From Sandaracinaceae bacterium (lineage in GTDB: Bacteria > Myxococcota_A > Polyangia > Polyangiales > Sandaracinaceae), in NCBI GenBank assembly GCA_044220955.1, contig JBGAQA010000012.1:1-19257 (forward strand): a stretch of 19,257 bases of DNA. Reading direction: 5' to 3'. Below, one piece after another: positions 8,721 to 16,795 of the stretch. How positions within the stretch are numbered: the first letter of the stretch is position 1; every line of letters starts with the position of its first letter. The position numbers were made by a program, and so were the translations under genes. The notes under the pieces are model-generated. The model had not been told where the DNA came from and searched no databases. It saw only the letters and a program-made list of their open reading frames with translations.

Positions 8721-9314
8721 ATGCAGCCACGCACTCGCTCGCTCCTGGTCGCGACGCTCTGCGCGGGGTTCCTCGCGCTCACGGCGATTTCCTGCGCACC
8801 GATCCACCGCCGCACCGGCTGGGCCACGTACTACGTGACGATCGAGGATCACGTCGTCGATCGCTTCGGGCTGGTGCAGAGCGCGCTCTGTGGCGACTAC
8901 GTCACCTTCGTCGGCGTGATCGACGCGACCTGCCCGGAGCACCCGATGGTGTGGTCGTACGCACAGGTCGTCGCGCTCGACTGCACGTACCGCAACGCCG
9001 CCGGCGGGTACGAGTACTACTGGGACTACTTCTCGTTCCCGGATGGGTACATCGCGGAGCCCGACTGCGACGGGCTGCACCGCCAGGGCGTGACGCAGGT
9101 CGCGCTCGGCTCGACGCCCGCCCAGCCGCGGGACGACGAGCACCGATTGCTCCTCGGGGCGGGCGTCGCCCTCGCCTCTCCGGCCCCGACGATCGCCGAC
9201 CTGCGCGTCGCGCTCGATGCCCACCTCGGTGGCCCGCCGGTCACCACGCTCGCCACCGACGCGCTCGGCGCCGCGCGCGTGAGCGCGGTGACGCTCGTGC
9301 CCGACACCGACTGA
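8721..9314 (+). CDS. Hypothetical lipoprotein (197 aa)
   Basis: GAGAGG precedes ATG 8721, giving MQPRTRSLLVATLCAGFLALTAISC (lipobox-like). The body is rich in aromatic residues and Cys. This is the 3' part of track ORF 7482..9314. Confidence 0.7.
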   Translation: MQPRTRSLLVATLCAGFLALTAISCAPIHRRTGWATYYVTIEDHVVDRFGLVQSALCGDYVTFVGVIDATCPEHPMVWSYAQVVALDCTYRNAAGGYEYYWDYFSFPDGYIAEPDCDGLHRQGVTQVALGSTPAQPRDDEHRLLLGAGVALASPAPTIADLRVALDAHLGGPPVTTLATDALGAARVSAVTLVPDTD

Positions 9315-9331
9315 GCCCGGGCGCCACGACC

Positions 9332-10195
9332 ATGTTCGGCACGATCATCGTCGCGACCGACTTCTCGCCGTGCGCCGCGAGGGCGGTGCGGGTCGCGGCG
9401 GCCTGGGCTGGTGCCCTCGATGCGACGCTCGACGTCGTTCACGTCTTCGACCTCCCGGTCCAGGCCGTGCCGCATGGCGGACCCTGGCTGAGCCCGGAGA
9501 TCGCACTTCGACACGGGCGCGAGCTGGGCGAGCGCCTCGAGCACGTCGTCGACGCTGCCCGCGCCAGCGCGTCGCGGACCAGCGGCGTCCTGCTCCGCGG
9601 ACGGCCCTACGACGCGATCGCGCGGCACGCCGCCGCGCGCCGAGCCGAGCTCGTCGTGGTGGGTGCGCACGGGCTCGGGATGCTCGAGCGCGCGCTCTTC
9701 GGGAGCGTGGCCGACCGCGTCGTCAGGACGGCCCCCTGCTCGGTGCTGGTGGTTCCCGAGCACGATCGCCCCGAGCTGCTGCCCAAGACGATGGTCGTGC
9801 CGACCGACTTCTCGACGCGCGCGACGCACACGGTGGAGCGTGCGCTCGATCTCGCGCGCACGCTCGGCGCGCGCGTCGAGATCCTGCATGCGTGGGAGTG
9901 GCCGCGCGGGGCGCCGCGCCAGGGCGGGCTCGCGGAGGACATCGCGGGCGCGGCGCTCGCGCGTGTCCGCGCGGCCCACCCGAGCGCCGCGGGCGTCGAG
10001 GTGCACCACCACGCACACGAGGCGGCACCCGCGGACGCGATCCTCGCCCTCGCGGCGCAGACACACGCGGATCTCGTCGTGATGGCCCCGAGCGGCGAGC
10101 GAGACCTCCCGGCACGGCTGCTCGGCAGCGTCACCGAGCGCGTCGTGCGGAGCGCGCTCGTGCCGGTGCTGGTGCTGCGCGACGCGCAGCCCTGA
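9332..10195 (+). CDS. Universal stress protein with two tandem USP domains
   Basis: Domain 1: MFGTIIVATDFS...ELVVVGAHGLGMLERALFGSVADRVVRTAPCSVLVV. Domain 2: TMVVPTDFS...DLVVMAPSG...LLGSVTERVVRSALVPVLVL. Confidence 0.93.
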   Translation: MFGTIIVATDFSPCAARAVRVAAAWAGALDATLDVVHVFDLPVQAVPHGGPWLSPEIALRHGRELGERLEHVVDAARASASRTSGVLLRGRPYDAIARHAAARRAELVVVGAHGLGMLERALFGSVADRVVRTAPCSVLVVPEHDRPELLPKTMVVPTDFSTRATHTVERALDLARTLGARVEILHAWEWPRGAPRQGGLAEDIAGAALARVRAAHPSAAGVEVHHHAHEAAPADAILALAAQTHADLVVMAPSGERDLPARLLGSVTERVVRSALVPVLVLRDAQP

Positions 10196-10242
10196 CGCTC
10201 GACACGCGCCGCGGGCACGGGGGCGGCGCCGACGCCCGGACG

Positions 10243-11277
10243 TCAGAAGTGCGGGACGCCGCAGCGGGTGCAGACGGAAGGGCAGGTCTCGTAGCCCGGC
10301 GCGCGGCCCGAGATCGAGGCCCAGAGCGCGCTCGGCCAGCCGAGCGGCGCGCTGCAGCCCCCGCCGTCGTCGGGGAGGTAGTAGTCGATCGGGTGCGTCG
10401 GGCGCGTGACGGCGCAGAAGTGCGCGGCGGTGGAGTGCCCGCCCGAGCAGACGCTGCCCGACGCGTCGGTGCCCATGTAGCCGGTGCGCGTCGTGCCCCC
10501 GCCCGAGAAGCCGACGACCCAGCCCGCCGGGTAGATGTGATCGGGGTGATCGGGATCGCTCAGCGAGACGAGCTGGACGGGACCGAGCGCCGTGTCGCTC
10601 CCGCCGAACTCCGAGTTGAGGTGAAGGTGGTTGAAGTGGATCCACTCACCGGAGTCGAGATCGGCGAACTCGGGCTGGAAGCCGGAGCCGGCCGTGTAGA
10701 CCGCCGTGAGCTGCGATCGATGCGGCAACGCGATCGGCGTGCCGTCGGCCATGTGGTAGTCGGTGTCCCAGTTCCCGCTCGTGTACTGGTACTGGTAGGT
10801 GATGCGGCAGTTCCACCAGTGCACGCACGCGCCGCCCGGGCAGTACGTGCTGGCGTTCGAGGTGGTGGGATCGGACGGACACACGTCGTTCACGCCCGTC
10901 GGCATCGACACGCAGGGGCCGTGCGCGCACGCGTCCGTCTCGGTGAGGCCGCCGACGCAGCGCTGGCGCGCGAGGCGGTCGGGCGTGCAGGTCCAGATGC
11001 TCGTGCTCCCCGAGGCGGAGTGGGAGCAGTCCGGCGGGCCGGCGTCGGGCGCCGGAGGCGCGACCGCGTCGGCGCCCGCGTCGACCGACGGCATGGCCGC
11101 ATCGGACCCGGGCGCGGCGTCGCGGCCGGGACCGGCGTCGACACCGGGAGCGCTCCCGTCGATGCGAGAGGACGCGTCGCCGCCCCCGTCGACCCGATCG
11201 CGCGAGCGCAGCTCCCCCTCGCACCCGGGGAGCGCCCCCAGCAGCAGCACGACGAGCAAGGCGATGCAGCGCGCCAT
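10243..11277 (-). CDS. Lipoprotein with a Cys-rich region and a divergent M23 (LytM) peptidase-like domain
   Basis: Signal peptide plus LPGC lipobox and a DAG linker. Then DYHMADGTPIAL, FNHL, PAGWVVGFSGG and STAAHFC occur in the order of the M23 motifs DxxxxxGTPVxA, YxHL, GxxIGxSG and STGPHLH. Confidence 0.7.
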   Translation of the reverse strand: MARCIALLVVLLLGALPGCEGELRSRDRVDGGGDASSRIDGSAPGVDAGPGRDAAPGSDAAMPSVDAGADAVAPPAPDAGPPDCSHSASGSTSIWTCTPDRLARQRCVGGLTETDACAHGPCVSMPTGVNDVCPSDPTTSNASTYCPGGACVHWWNCRITYQYQYTSGNWDTDYHMADGTPIALPHRSQLTAVYTAGSGFQPEFADLDSGEWIHFNHLHLNSEFGGSDTALGPVQLVSLSDPDHPDHIYPAGWVVGFSGGGTTRTGYMGTDASGSVCSGGHSTAAHFCAVTRPTHPIDYYLPDDGGGCSAPLGWPSALWASISGRAPGYETCPSVCTRCGVPHF

Positions 11278-11291
11278 GCGCCCATCGTAGG

Positions 11292-13025
11292 TCAGTTCGA
11301 GGCGGCCTGTGCGCCCTTGAGCAGCTCGCGCGCCGCGTCACGCGTCTTCTTGGTGATCGAGAGGCCCCCGAGCATCCGCGCGACCTCCTCGAGCCGATCC
11401 GCCGGGCCGAGCGGCTCGATCGTGCTGCGGGTGCGGCCGTCCTCGATCTGCTTCTTCACCTGGAAGTGCTGGTCGGCGTAGACCGCGATCGGCGCCAGGT
11501 GCGTGATCACCAGCACCTGATGGTGCCGCGCCACCTCCTTGAGCTTCTTGCCGATGACCTCGGCGACCGCGCCGCCGACACCCGTGTCCACCTCGTCGAA
11601 GACGTAGAGCCCCGACGCCCGACCCTCCGCCTCGCGCAGGCCGGCGAGCACCCGCTTGATCGCCAAGAGGGCCCGCGAGAGCTCGCCGCCCGACGCGATC
11701 CGGCGCAGCGGGCGCGCGTCCTCGCCGACGTTGGCGGCGATGAGCAGCTCGCAGCGATCGATCCCGCTGGCCGAGAGCCCGGCCCCGTCGACCGAGCGCT
11801 CACCGCCCGCATCGAGCGGAGCGACGTCCACCCTCACCTCCGCGCCGCCCATCCCGAGCGAGCCGAGCTCGTCCGTGATGGCGCGCCCGAGCCGGTCGGC
11901 CGCCTTCTTCCGAGCGGCCGAGAGCGCGCGGGCGAGGCGCGTGGCCGACTCCAGCGCGGCCGCCCGCGCACGCTCGCGCCCCTCGATCCGATCTTCGGCC
12001 GACGCGAGCGCATCCAGCTCGGAGCGCGCGCGATCGCGGAACGCGAGGACGCCCGCGATCGGATCCACGTCGCCGACCCCTCCGTGCTTGCGCGCCAGCC
12101 GACCGAGCCGGTGCAGCCGCTCGTCGACCTCGGAGAGCCGCTCGGGATCGGACGACACCCCGCGCGCGTAGTGGCCGAGATCGCGCGCGACCTCCTCGAG
12201 CTCCGCGCGAGCCGCCTCGAGCCGCTCGGCCGGACCGCGGAGGCGCGCGTCGACCCCAGCGGCCTCTTCGAGCGCCCGCCCGAGCTGCGCGAGCTCGTCC
12301 GCGATCGAGCGCTCGCGCGAGTAGATCGCGTCCTCCGCACCCCGGGCCGCCGCGAGGAGCTTCTCGGCGTGCTTGAGCCGGTCTCGCTCCGCCGCGAGCG
12401 CGCCGATCTCGCCGGGCTCGGGCGCGAGCGCCTCGATCTCCTTGAGCTGGAAGCGCAGCACGTCCTCGCGATCCTCGCGCCCGCGCGCCTGGTCCTTCGC
12501 CTCGGCGAGCGCCTCTTCGGCGGCCTTCAGCGTCGCGAACGCCGCCTTCATCTTCGCCCGCTCTGCCTCGAGCCGCCCGTAGGCGTCGAGGTACCCGAGG
12601 TGCCGCGCCGGATCCGTCAGCGAGTGGTGCTCGTGCTGAGAGCTGACGTCCGCCAGGCCCGCGGCGAGCTCCGCCAGCTCGCCCTGCGTCGCGAGGGTCC
12701 CGTTGACGTAGGCGCGCGAGCGGCCGCTCGCCGACACCACCCGCCGCACGATCAGCTCGTCGGTCCGGTCGATGCCGCGCGCCAGCAGCCGCTCGCGGAG
12801 GATCGCGTCCCCGGACACGTCGAACGTGGCCTCCACCTCGGCCTGCGGCGCGCCCGTCCGCACGAGCTCCGGCTTGCCCTTGGCGCCGAGCACCAGATCG
12901 ATCGCATCGACGAGGATGGACTTGCCGGCGCCCGTCTCCCCAGTGACGACGTTGAGGCCTGGGCCGAGCTCCACCTCCAGCTCGTCGATGATCGCGAAGC
13001 TCCGAACGCGCAGGAAGGTCAGCAC
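11292..13025 (-). CDS. recN: DNA repair protein RecN
   Basis: LRVRSFAIIDELEV, Walker A VVTGETGAGKSIL, GRSRAYVNG, Q-loop SQHEH, a coiled coil, signature ASGGELSR, Walker B FDEVDTGVGG and H-loop QVLVITHL. GTG at 13025 with GGAG 5 nt upstream is preferred over 13043. Confidence 0.97.
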   Translation of the reverse strand: MLTFLRVRSFAIIDELEVELGPGLNVVTGETGAGKSILVDAIDLVLGAKGKPELVRTGAPQAEVEATFDVSGDAILRERLLARGIDRTDELIVRRVVSASGRSRAYVNGTLATQGELAELAAGLADVSSQHEHHSLTDPARHLGYLDAYGRLEAERAKMKAAFATLKAAEEALAEAKDQARGREDREDVLRFQLKEIEALAPEPGEIGALAAERDRLKHAEKLLAAARGAEDAIYSRERSIADELAQLGRALEEAAGVDARLRGPAERLEAARAELEEVARDLGHYARGVSSDPERLSEVDERLHRLGRLARKHGGVGDVDPIAGVLAFRDRARSELDALASAEDRIEGRERARAAALESATRLARALSAARKKAADRLGRAITDELGSLGMGGAEVRVDVAPLDAGGERSVDGAGLSASGIDRCELLIAANVGEDARPLRRIASGGELSRALLAIKRVLAGLREAEGRASGLYVFDEVDTGVGGAVAEVIGKKLKEVARHHQVLVITHLAPIAVYADQHFQVKKQIEDGRTRSTIEPLGPADRLEEVARMLGGLSITKKTRDAARELLKGAQAASN

Positions 13026-13094
13026 CGTGGCTCCACTCTCCACCCGACGATTACCACGGCCGCCGACTGACGCGATCCGGTACCCTGGCGTCAG

Positions 13095-14621
13095 ATGCGT
13101 CTCGGGGCCCTCGCGCTCGCATTCCTCATCTCTCTGTCACTCGCTCCCGTGGCCCTCGCCCAGGGCGGGCGTCGGGTCGCCGTGGACCGCTTCCGCGGCC
13201 CGCGTGCCGCGCACGCGCGCAGCCTGCTCGTACGCGACCTGGAGGATCACGGCTACGTCGTCGTGAGCGACGCCGAGGTCACGGCCGCTCGCCGCGAGCT
13301 GGGCTACGGCGCCGGCACGCTCGAAGCGCAAGAGTACGTCGGCCTCGCGCGGGAGCTGCGCGTGGTCGCGTTCGTCGACGGTCGCGTCGGCCACGCCCAC
13401 CGGACGTGGCGGCTCGCCGTGCACGTGCGCAACGGCGCCGACGGATCGGATCTCGGCAGCGCCAGCTGGGGCGGCCGCACGCAGGGCGCGATCGACGGGA
13501 TCGGCCGCAACGGCGCCGAGCGCCTGCGCGAGTTCCTCGATGCCGCGACCGCGCCGGGCGCGGCGGTCCGCGCGACGCCCGACGGCGAGACGCCCTGGTA
13601 CGCCGGTGGCGCGGACGCCGAGGTCGCGGCGGAGGCCGACGAGGAGCCGGAGCACGAGGACGCGGAGCCCGAGCTCACCGACGCGAGCACGCGCTACGAC
13701 TGGCTCCGCTTCTCGGCCTCGGGCGGCTCGCTCTGGCGCTCGATGCAGGCCGACGCGCGCGTCTACGCGGTGCGCCGCGGCATCGCGGCCGCCGATCCGG
13801 GCACCGAGCTGGTTCACGAAGGGCGCGGCTACACCTCGAGCGGCATCGGCCACGCGGAGCTCGGCCTCGAGGCCGAGTTCTTCCCGGGCGCGCTCGGCAA
13901 CCAGCCCTTCCCCTACCTCGGGCTCGTCACGTCGTTCCGGCACTCGGTTCTGCTCGGCTCCTCGGGCTGCCGCCGGACGTCGCCCGACTGCACCTCCGGG
14001 GGGCGCGTCGGGGTCGGCACGGACCAGCTCGACGTCCAGGCCGGGCTGCGCTTCCGGTATCGCCTCGGGGCGAGCCGGCGCGACGTGCAGCTCTTCGGCG
14101 ACGTCGTGTACGGCTACTCGACCTTCACGTTCGACACGGCCGCCCTGCAAGAGCTCGACTACCAGGCGATCCTGCCGCCGATGGAGTACCAGTGGCTCGG
14201 GATCTCCGTCGGCCTCGACTACGGGATCATCCCGGACGTGCTCTTCGTACAGGCGCGCGGCGGCTACCGGATCGGCGTGGGGCTCGGCACGCAGGCGCGC
14301 AACGTCTGGGGCATCGACTCGAGCAACGCGGGAGGCTTCGATCTGAGCCTCGAGCTCAAGCACGAGGCCAACTGGCTCGCGCAGGGCATCTTCGTGAGCC
14401 TGCGCTTCGAGTACTTCCAGTTCACCACGAACTTCCGCGGCCAGGTCGGCTGCGCGACCACGTCCTGCTCGCCGACGGGCACCCAGCCCTGGACGAACAA
14501 CGATCTCTGGGAGCTCTGGCCGGTCGGCCCCGACAACTCCACGGTCGTCGGCGGCATCCGCGACGCAGTGCCGGACAACTACGTCCGCTGGGGGCTCTAC
14601 CTCGGCTACGCGTTCCGCTGA
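13095..14621 (+). CDS. Secreted protein, probable outer-membrane beta-barrel with an N-terminal periplasmic alpha/beta domain
   Basis: Signal peptide (MRLGALALAFLISLSLAPVALA), an N-terminal domain and an acidic linker (EADEEPEHEDAEPE). Many amphipathic aromatic strands follow (VQAGLRFRYRL, GISVGLDYG, FVSLRFEYFQF), ending in WGLYLGYAFR. Confidence 0.75.
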   Translation: MRLGALALAFLISLSLAPVALAQGGRRVAVDRFRGPRAAHARSLLVRDLEDHGYVVVSDAEVTAARRELGYGAGTLEAQEYVGLARELRVVAFVDGRVGHAHRTWRLAVHVRNGADGSDLGSASWGGRTQGAIDGIGRNGAERLREFLDAATAPGAAVRATPDGETPWYAGGADAEVAAEADEEPEHEDAEPELTDASTRYDWLRFSASGGSLWRSMQADARVYAVRRGIAAADPGTELVHEGRGYTSSGIGHAELGLEAEFFPGALGNQPFPYLGLVTSFRHSVLLGSSGCRRTSPDCTSGGRVGVGTDQLDVQAGLRFRYRLGASRRDVQLFGDVVYGYSTFTFDTAALQELDYQAILPPMEYQWLGISVGLDYGIIPDVLFVQARGGYRIGVGLGTQARNVWGIDSSNAGGFDLSLELKHEANWLAQGIFVSLRFEYFQFTTNFRGQVGCATTSCSPTGTQPWTNNDLWELWPVGPDNSTVVGGIRDAVPDNYVRWGLYLGYAFR

Positions 14622-15040
14622 CGCCGGCGCGTCCGACGCGCCCGGACGATCGACGCCAGGGCCATCGACGCCGAGAGCGCGAGCGGGGCCATCCGCTCGC
14701 TCACGCCGCCGCGCGTGGGCACCGACACCGAGCACCCGTGCCTCTGCTCCGGCGGCGCCTGCGTCGCGGGACCGCTGCAGTAGAGGGCGAAGCCGACGGT
14801 GGCCCCGCCTCCGGCGCATCGAGGGATCATGCCCCGCGCGCGGAGCCCCTGGTCCGCCTGCACGTCCACCTCTCCATGGAACGTCGAGACCGACTCGCAG
14901 GGCCCGCCGCCGAGCCCTTCTTGCGTGGGAACCGTGCACGTCTCGACGAACCCGGGATCCGGCGGAACGTCGGCGGCCGCGGAGCGAGCGCCGGCGAACG
15001 TGGCGAGCGCCGTGAGGAGCGCGAGCTTGCGGGGCGTCAT
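14606..15040 (-). CDS. Small secreted protein with a MYXO-CTERM-like sorting tail (144 aa)
   Basis: ATG at 15040 gives MTPRKLALLTALATFAGARSAAA-DVPPDP. There are four Cys in the body and a C-terminal GCSVS...hydrophobic stretch...RARRTRRR. It overlaps the convergent gene by 16 bp. Confidence 0.7.
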   Translation of the reverse strand: MTPRKLALLTALATFAGARSAAADVPPDPGFVETCTVPTQEGLGGGPCESVSTFHGEVDVQADQGLRARGMIPRCAGGGATVGFALYCSGPATQAPPEQRHGCSVSVPTRGGVSERMAPLALSASMALASIVRARRTRRRQRNA

Positions 15041-15094
15041 GGGGAGCGAGCCTATCGCGTTGTGCGGGCGCGGCCGAGGAGGCACCGTCCCGGG

Positions 15095-15931
15095 GTGCGG
15101 ATCTTCGTCACCGGCGCGACCGGCTTCGTCGGCGGCAACGTGGCGCGCGACCTCGCGGCGCTCGGCCACGCCGTGGTGCCCGGGCGGCGCCCGTCGCTCA
15201 CGCTCGAGGCGCCCACGATCCCCGAAGCGGTGGACGCCGTCGTGCACTGCGCCGCGATCGCCAGCGTGGCCGCGTGCGACGCCGACCCCGCGCGCGCCGA
15301 GTCGATCAACGTCACGGGCAGCCGGACGCTCGCGGAAGAGGCGGCGCGGCGCGGGATCCCGCTCGTGCTCACGTCGACGGACCTGGTGTTCGACGGCGGC
15401 GCCGCGCCCTACGGCGAGGACGCGCCCACGTCCGCGCCCACCCTCTACGGCCAGACGAAGGCCCGCGCCGAGCGGGCGGTGCTCGACGCGGACCCGGGCC
15501 ACGTGGTCCTGCGCCTCGCGCTCGTCGTCGGCGCCCACGACGGAGCGCCCGGCGGCTTCCTCGCGTGGCTCGTCGATGGCCTGCGCGCGCGCCGCCCGAC
15601 CGCGCTCTACACCAACCAGGTGCGCGCGCCGCTCTTCGTCGGGGACGTGGCGCCCGTGGCGCACGCCGCCGTCACGCGCCGGCTCGCGGGCGGCGTGTAC
15701 CACCTCGCGAGCGAGCGCGGCGTGACCCGCGAGGACGTGGGCCGCGCCGTCGCGCGCGCGTTCGCGCTCCCGGACGACGCGATCGTTCCGACGGCGCTGG
15801 ACCGCGGCCCCACCCTGCCCGCGCTCGACGACTGCACGCTCGACGCGAGCAAGGCCCGGCGTGCGCTCGGCATCGCCTTCACGCCCATCGACGAGGCGCT
15901 CGCCCGCGTTCGCGCGGCGCTCAGCGGGTGA
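15095..15931 (+). CDS. RmlD/RfbD-like NAD(P)-dependent oxidoreductase (dTDP-4-dehydrorhamnose reductase family, extended SDR)
   Basis: GTG start after GAGGAGG. Motifs RIFVTGATGFVG, VVHCAA, INVTG, STDLVFDG, YGQTK (YxxxK) and GGVYHLA. Confidence 0.88.
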   Translation: MRIFVTGATGFVGGNVARDLAALGHAVVPGRRPSLTLEAPTIPEAVDAVVHCAAIASVAACDADPARAESINVTGSRTLAEEAARRGIPLVLTSTDLVFDGGAAPYGEDAPTSAPTLYGQTKARAERAVLDADPGHVVLRLALVVGAHDGAPGGFLAWLVDGLRARRPTALYTNQVRAPLFVGDVAPVAHAAVTRRLAGGVYHLASERGVTREDVGRAVARAFALPDDAIVPTALDRGPTLPALDDCTLDASKARRALGIAFTPIDEALARVRAALSG

Positions 15932-16703
15932 CGTCTGGGTGGTGCGCTCGCGCGGCCGCCATGCGCGCGTCGGCCATGGTCGTCATGCCGAAGCCGTCGA
16001 TCCGCGGATGCGCCCGGAAGTTGCGATAGCGCGCCGTCACGACCCGACCGCTCGCGTTGCCCTCCACGGTGTGGAGCGTGCTGCCCTCGACGTAGCGGAC
16101 GATCGCGCTGTGGCCCCAGGTGGGTGTGGCGATGCGGACGTAGTCGCCCGGTCGCGGACGGAACTCGAGCCAGTCGGAGGACTCACGATCCACCCAGGCG
16201 TCGTGCCGCCGGTACCAGGCGCGGATCGTCGTGTTGCTGGTCAGGTGCCAGCCGCCCCCGTCTCCGTAGCCGCCGCTGAACGGCGCTCCGGCGACGCGGT
16301 ACACCCAGGAGACGAAGTCGCTGCACCAGAGGGTCCCCGTGACCCAGTGGCCGAGCGGTCCCGGCGCTTCGATCCGCGTCGCGCCGACCTCCGCGAGGTG
16401 GTGGCCCTCCTCGGCCAGCGCGATCTCGACGATCCGCGTGCCCTCGACCGACGAGACCGAGCGCCGGGACACGTGCGCGGGCCGGCACGTGAGCTCCTCG
16501 GCGCGGTAGCCCTCGTCGCAGAAGCAGTACGCCTGCGCGTCCTCCGACACGCACTCCCCGTGTCGTGAACAGCGCACACCGTCGCAGGGGGCGGGCGCCG
16601 CGGGCGGATCGCGGCGAACCGGCTGCTGGCCGAGCGCGCCCCCCGGCAGGCCGAGGCCGACCACCGTCAGGACGAGCGCCGCCGCGGCTCCCCTCATGGG
16701 CAT
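15921..16703 (-). CDS. Secreted EGF-like + CHAP-domain protein (putative peptidoglycan amidase/endopeptidase)
   Basis: Signal peptide from ATG 16703 or 16697. Six-Cys EGF-like module CDGVRCSRHGECVSEDAQAYCFCDEGYRAEELTC. CHAP motifs LWCSDFVSWVY, PRPGDYV, WGHSAIV and TVEGN. Confidence 0.82.
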   Translation of the reverse strand: MPMRGAAAALVLTVVGLGLPGGALGQQPVRRDPPAAPAPCDGVRCSRHGECVSEDAQAYCFCDEGYRAEELTCRPAHVSRRSVSSVEGTRIVEIALAEEGHHLAEVGATRIEAPGPLGHWVTGTLWCSDFVSWVYRVAGAPFSGGYGDGGGWHLTSNTTIRAWYRRHDAWVDRESSDWLEFRPRPGDYVRIATPTWGHSAIVRYVEGSTLHTVEGNASGRVVTARYRNFRAHPRIDGFGMTTMADARMAAARAHHPDVTR

Positions 16704-16745
16704 CTCTGACGTACGGGGGCGCGCCCGGGTTTGATCCCCGGCCGC

Positions 16746-16789
16746 TTGACCCGGCAGGCCAGGACGCGTATCCATCCGTTCATCCGGAT
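16746..16789 (+). promoter_or_regulatory. Putative sigma70 promoter with a palindromic operator ATCCG-N6-CGGAT
   Basis: TTGACC (16746-16751), 17 bp, then TATCCA (16769-16774). The palindrome ATCCG-TTCATC-CGGAT (16774-16789) covers the likely start site and ends 6 nt before ATG 16796. Confidence 0.65.
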
Positions 16790-16795
16790 TCACAG

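Noticed and set aside
11466..13070. 534-aa plus-strand ORF
   Set aside because: Antisense shadow of recN.
16704..16795. SAM, SAH or cobalamin riboswitch upstream of the metH operon
   Set aside because: The region is short, mostly taken up by the promoter and operator, and shows none of the conserved aptamer sequences I would recognise.
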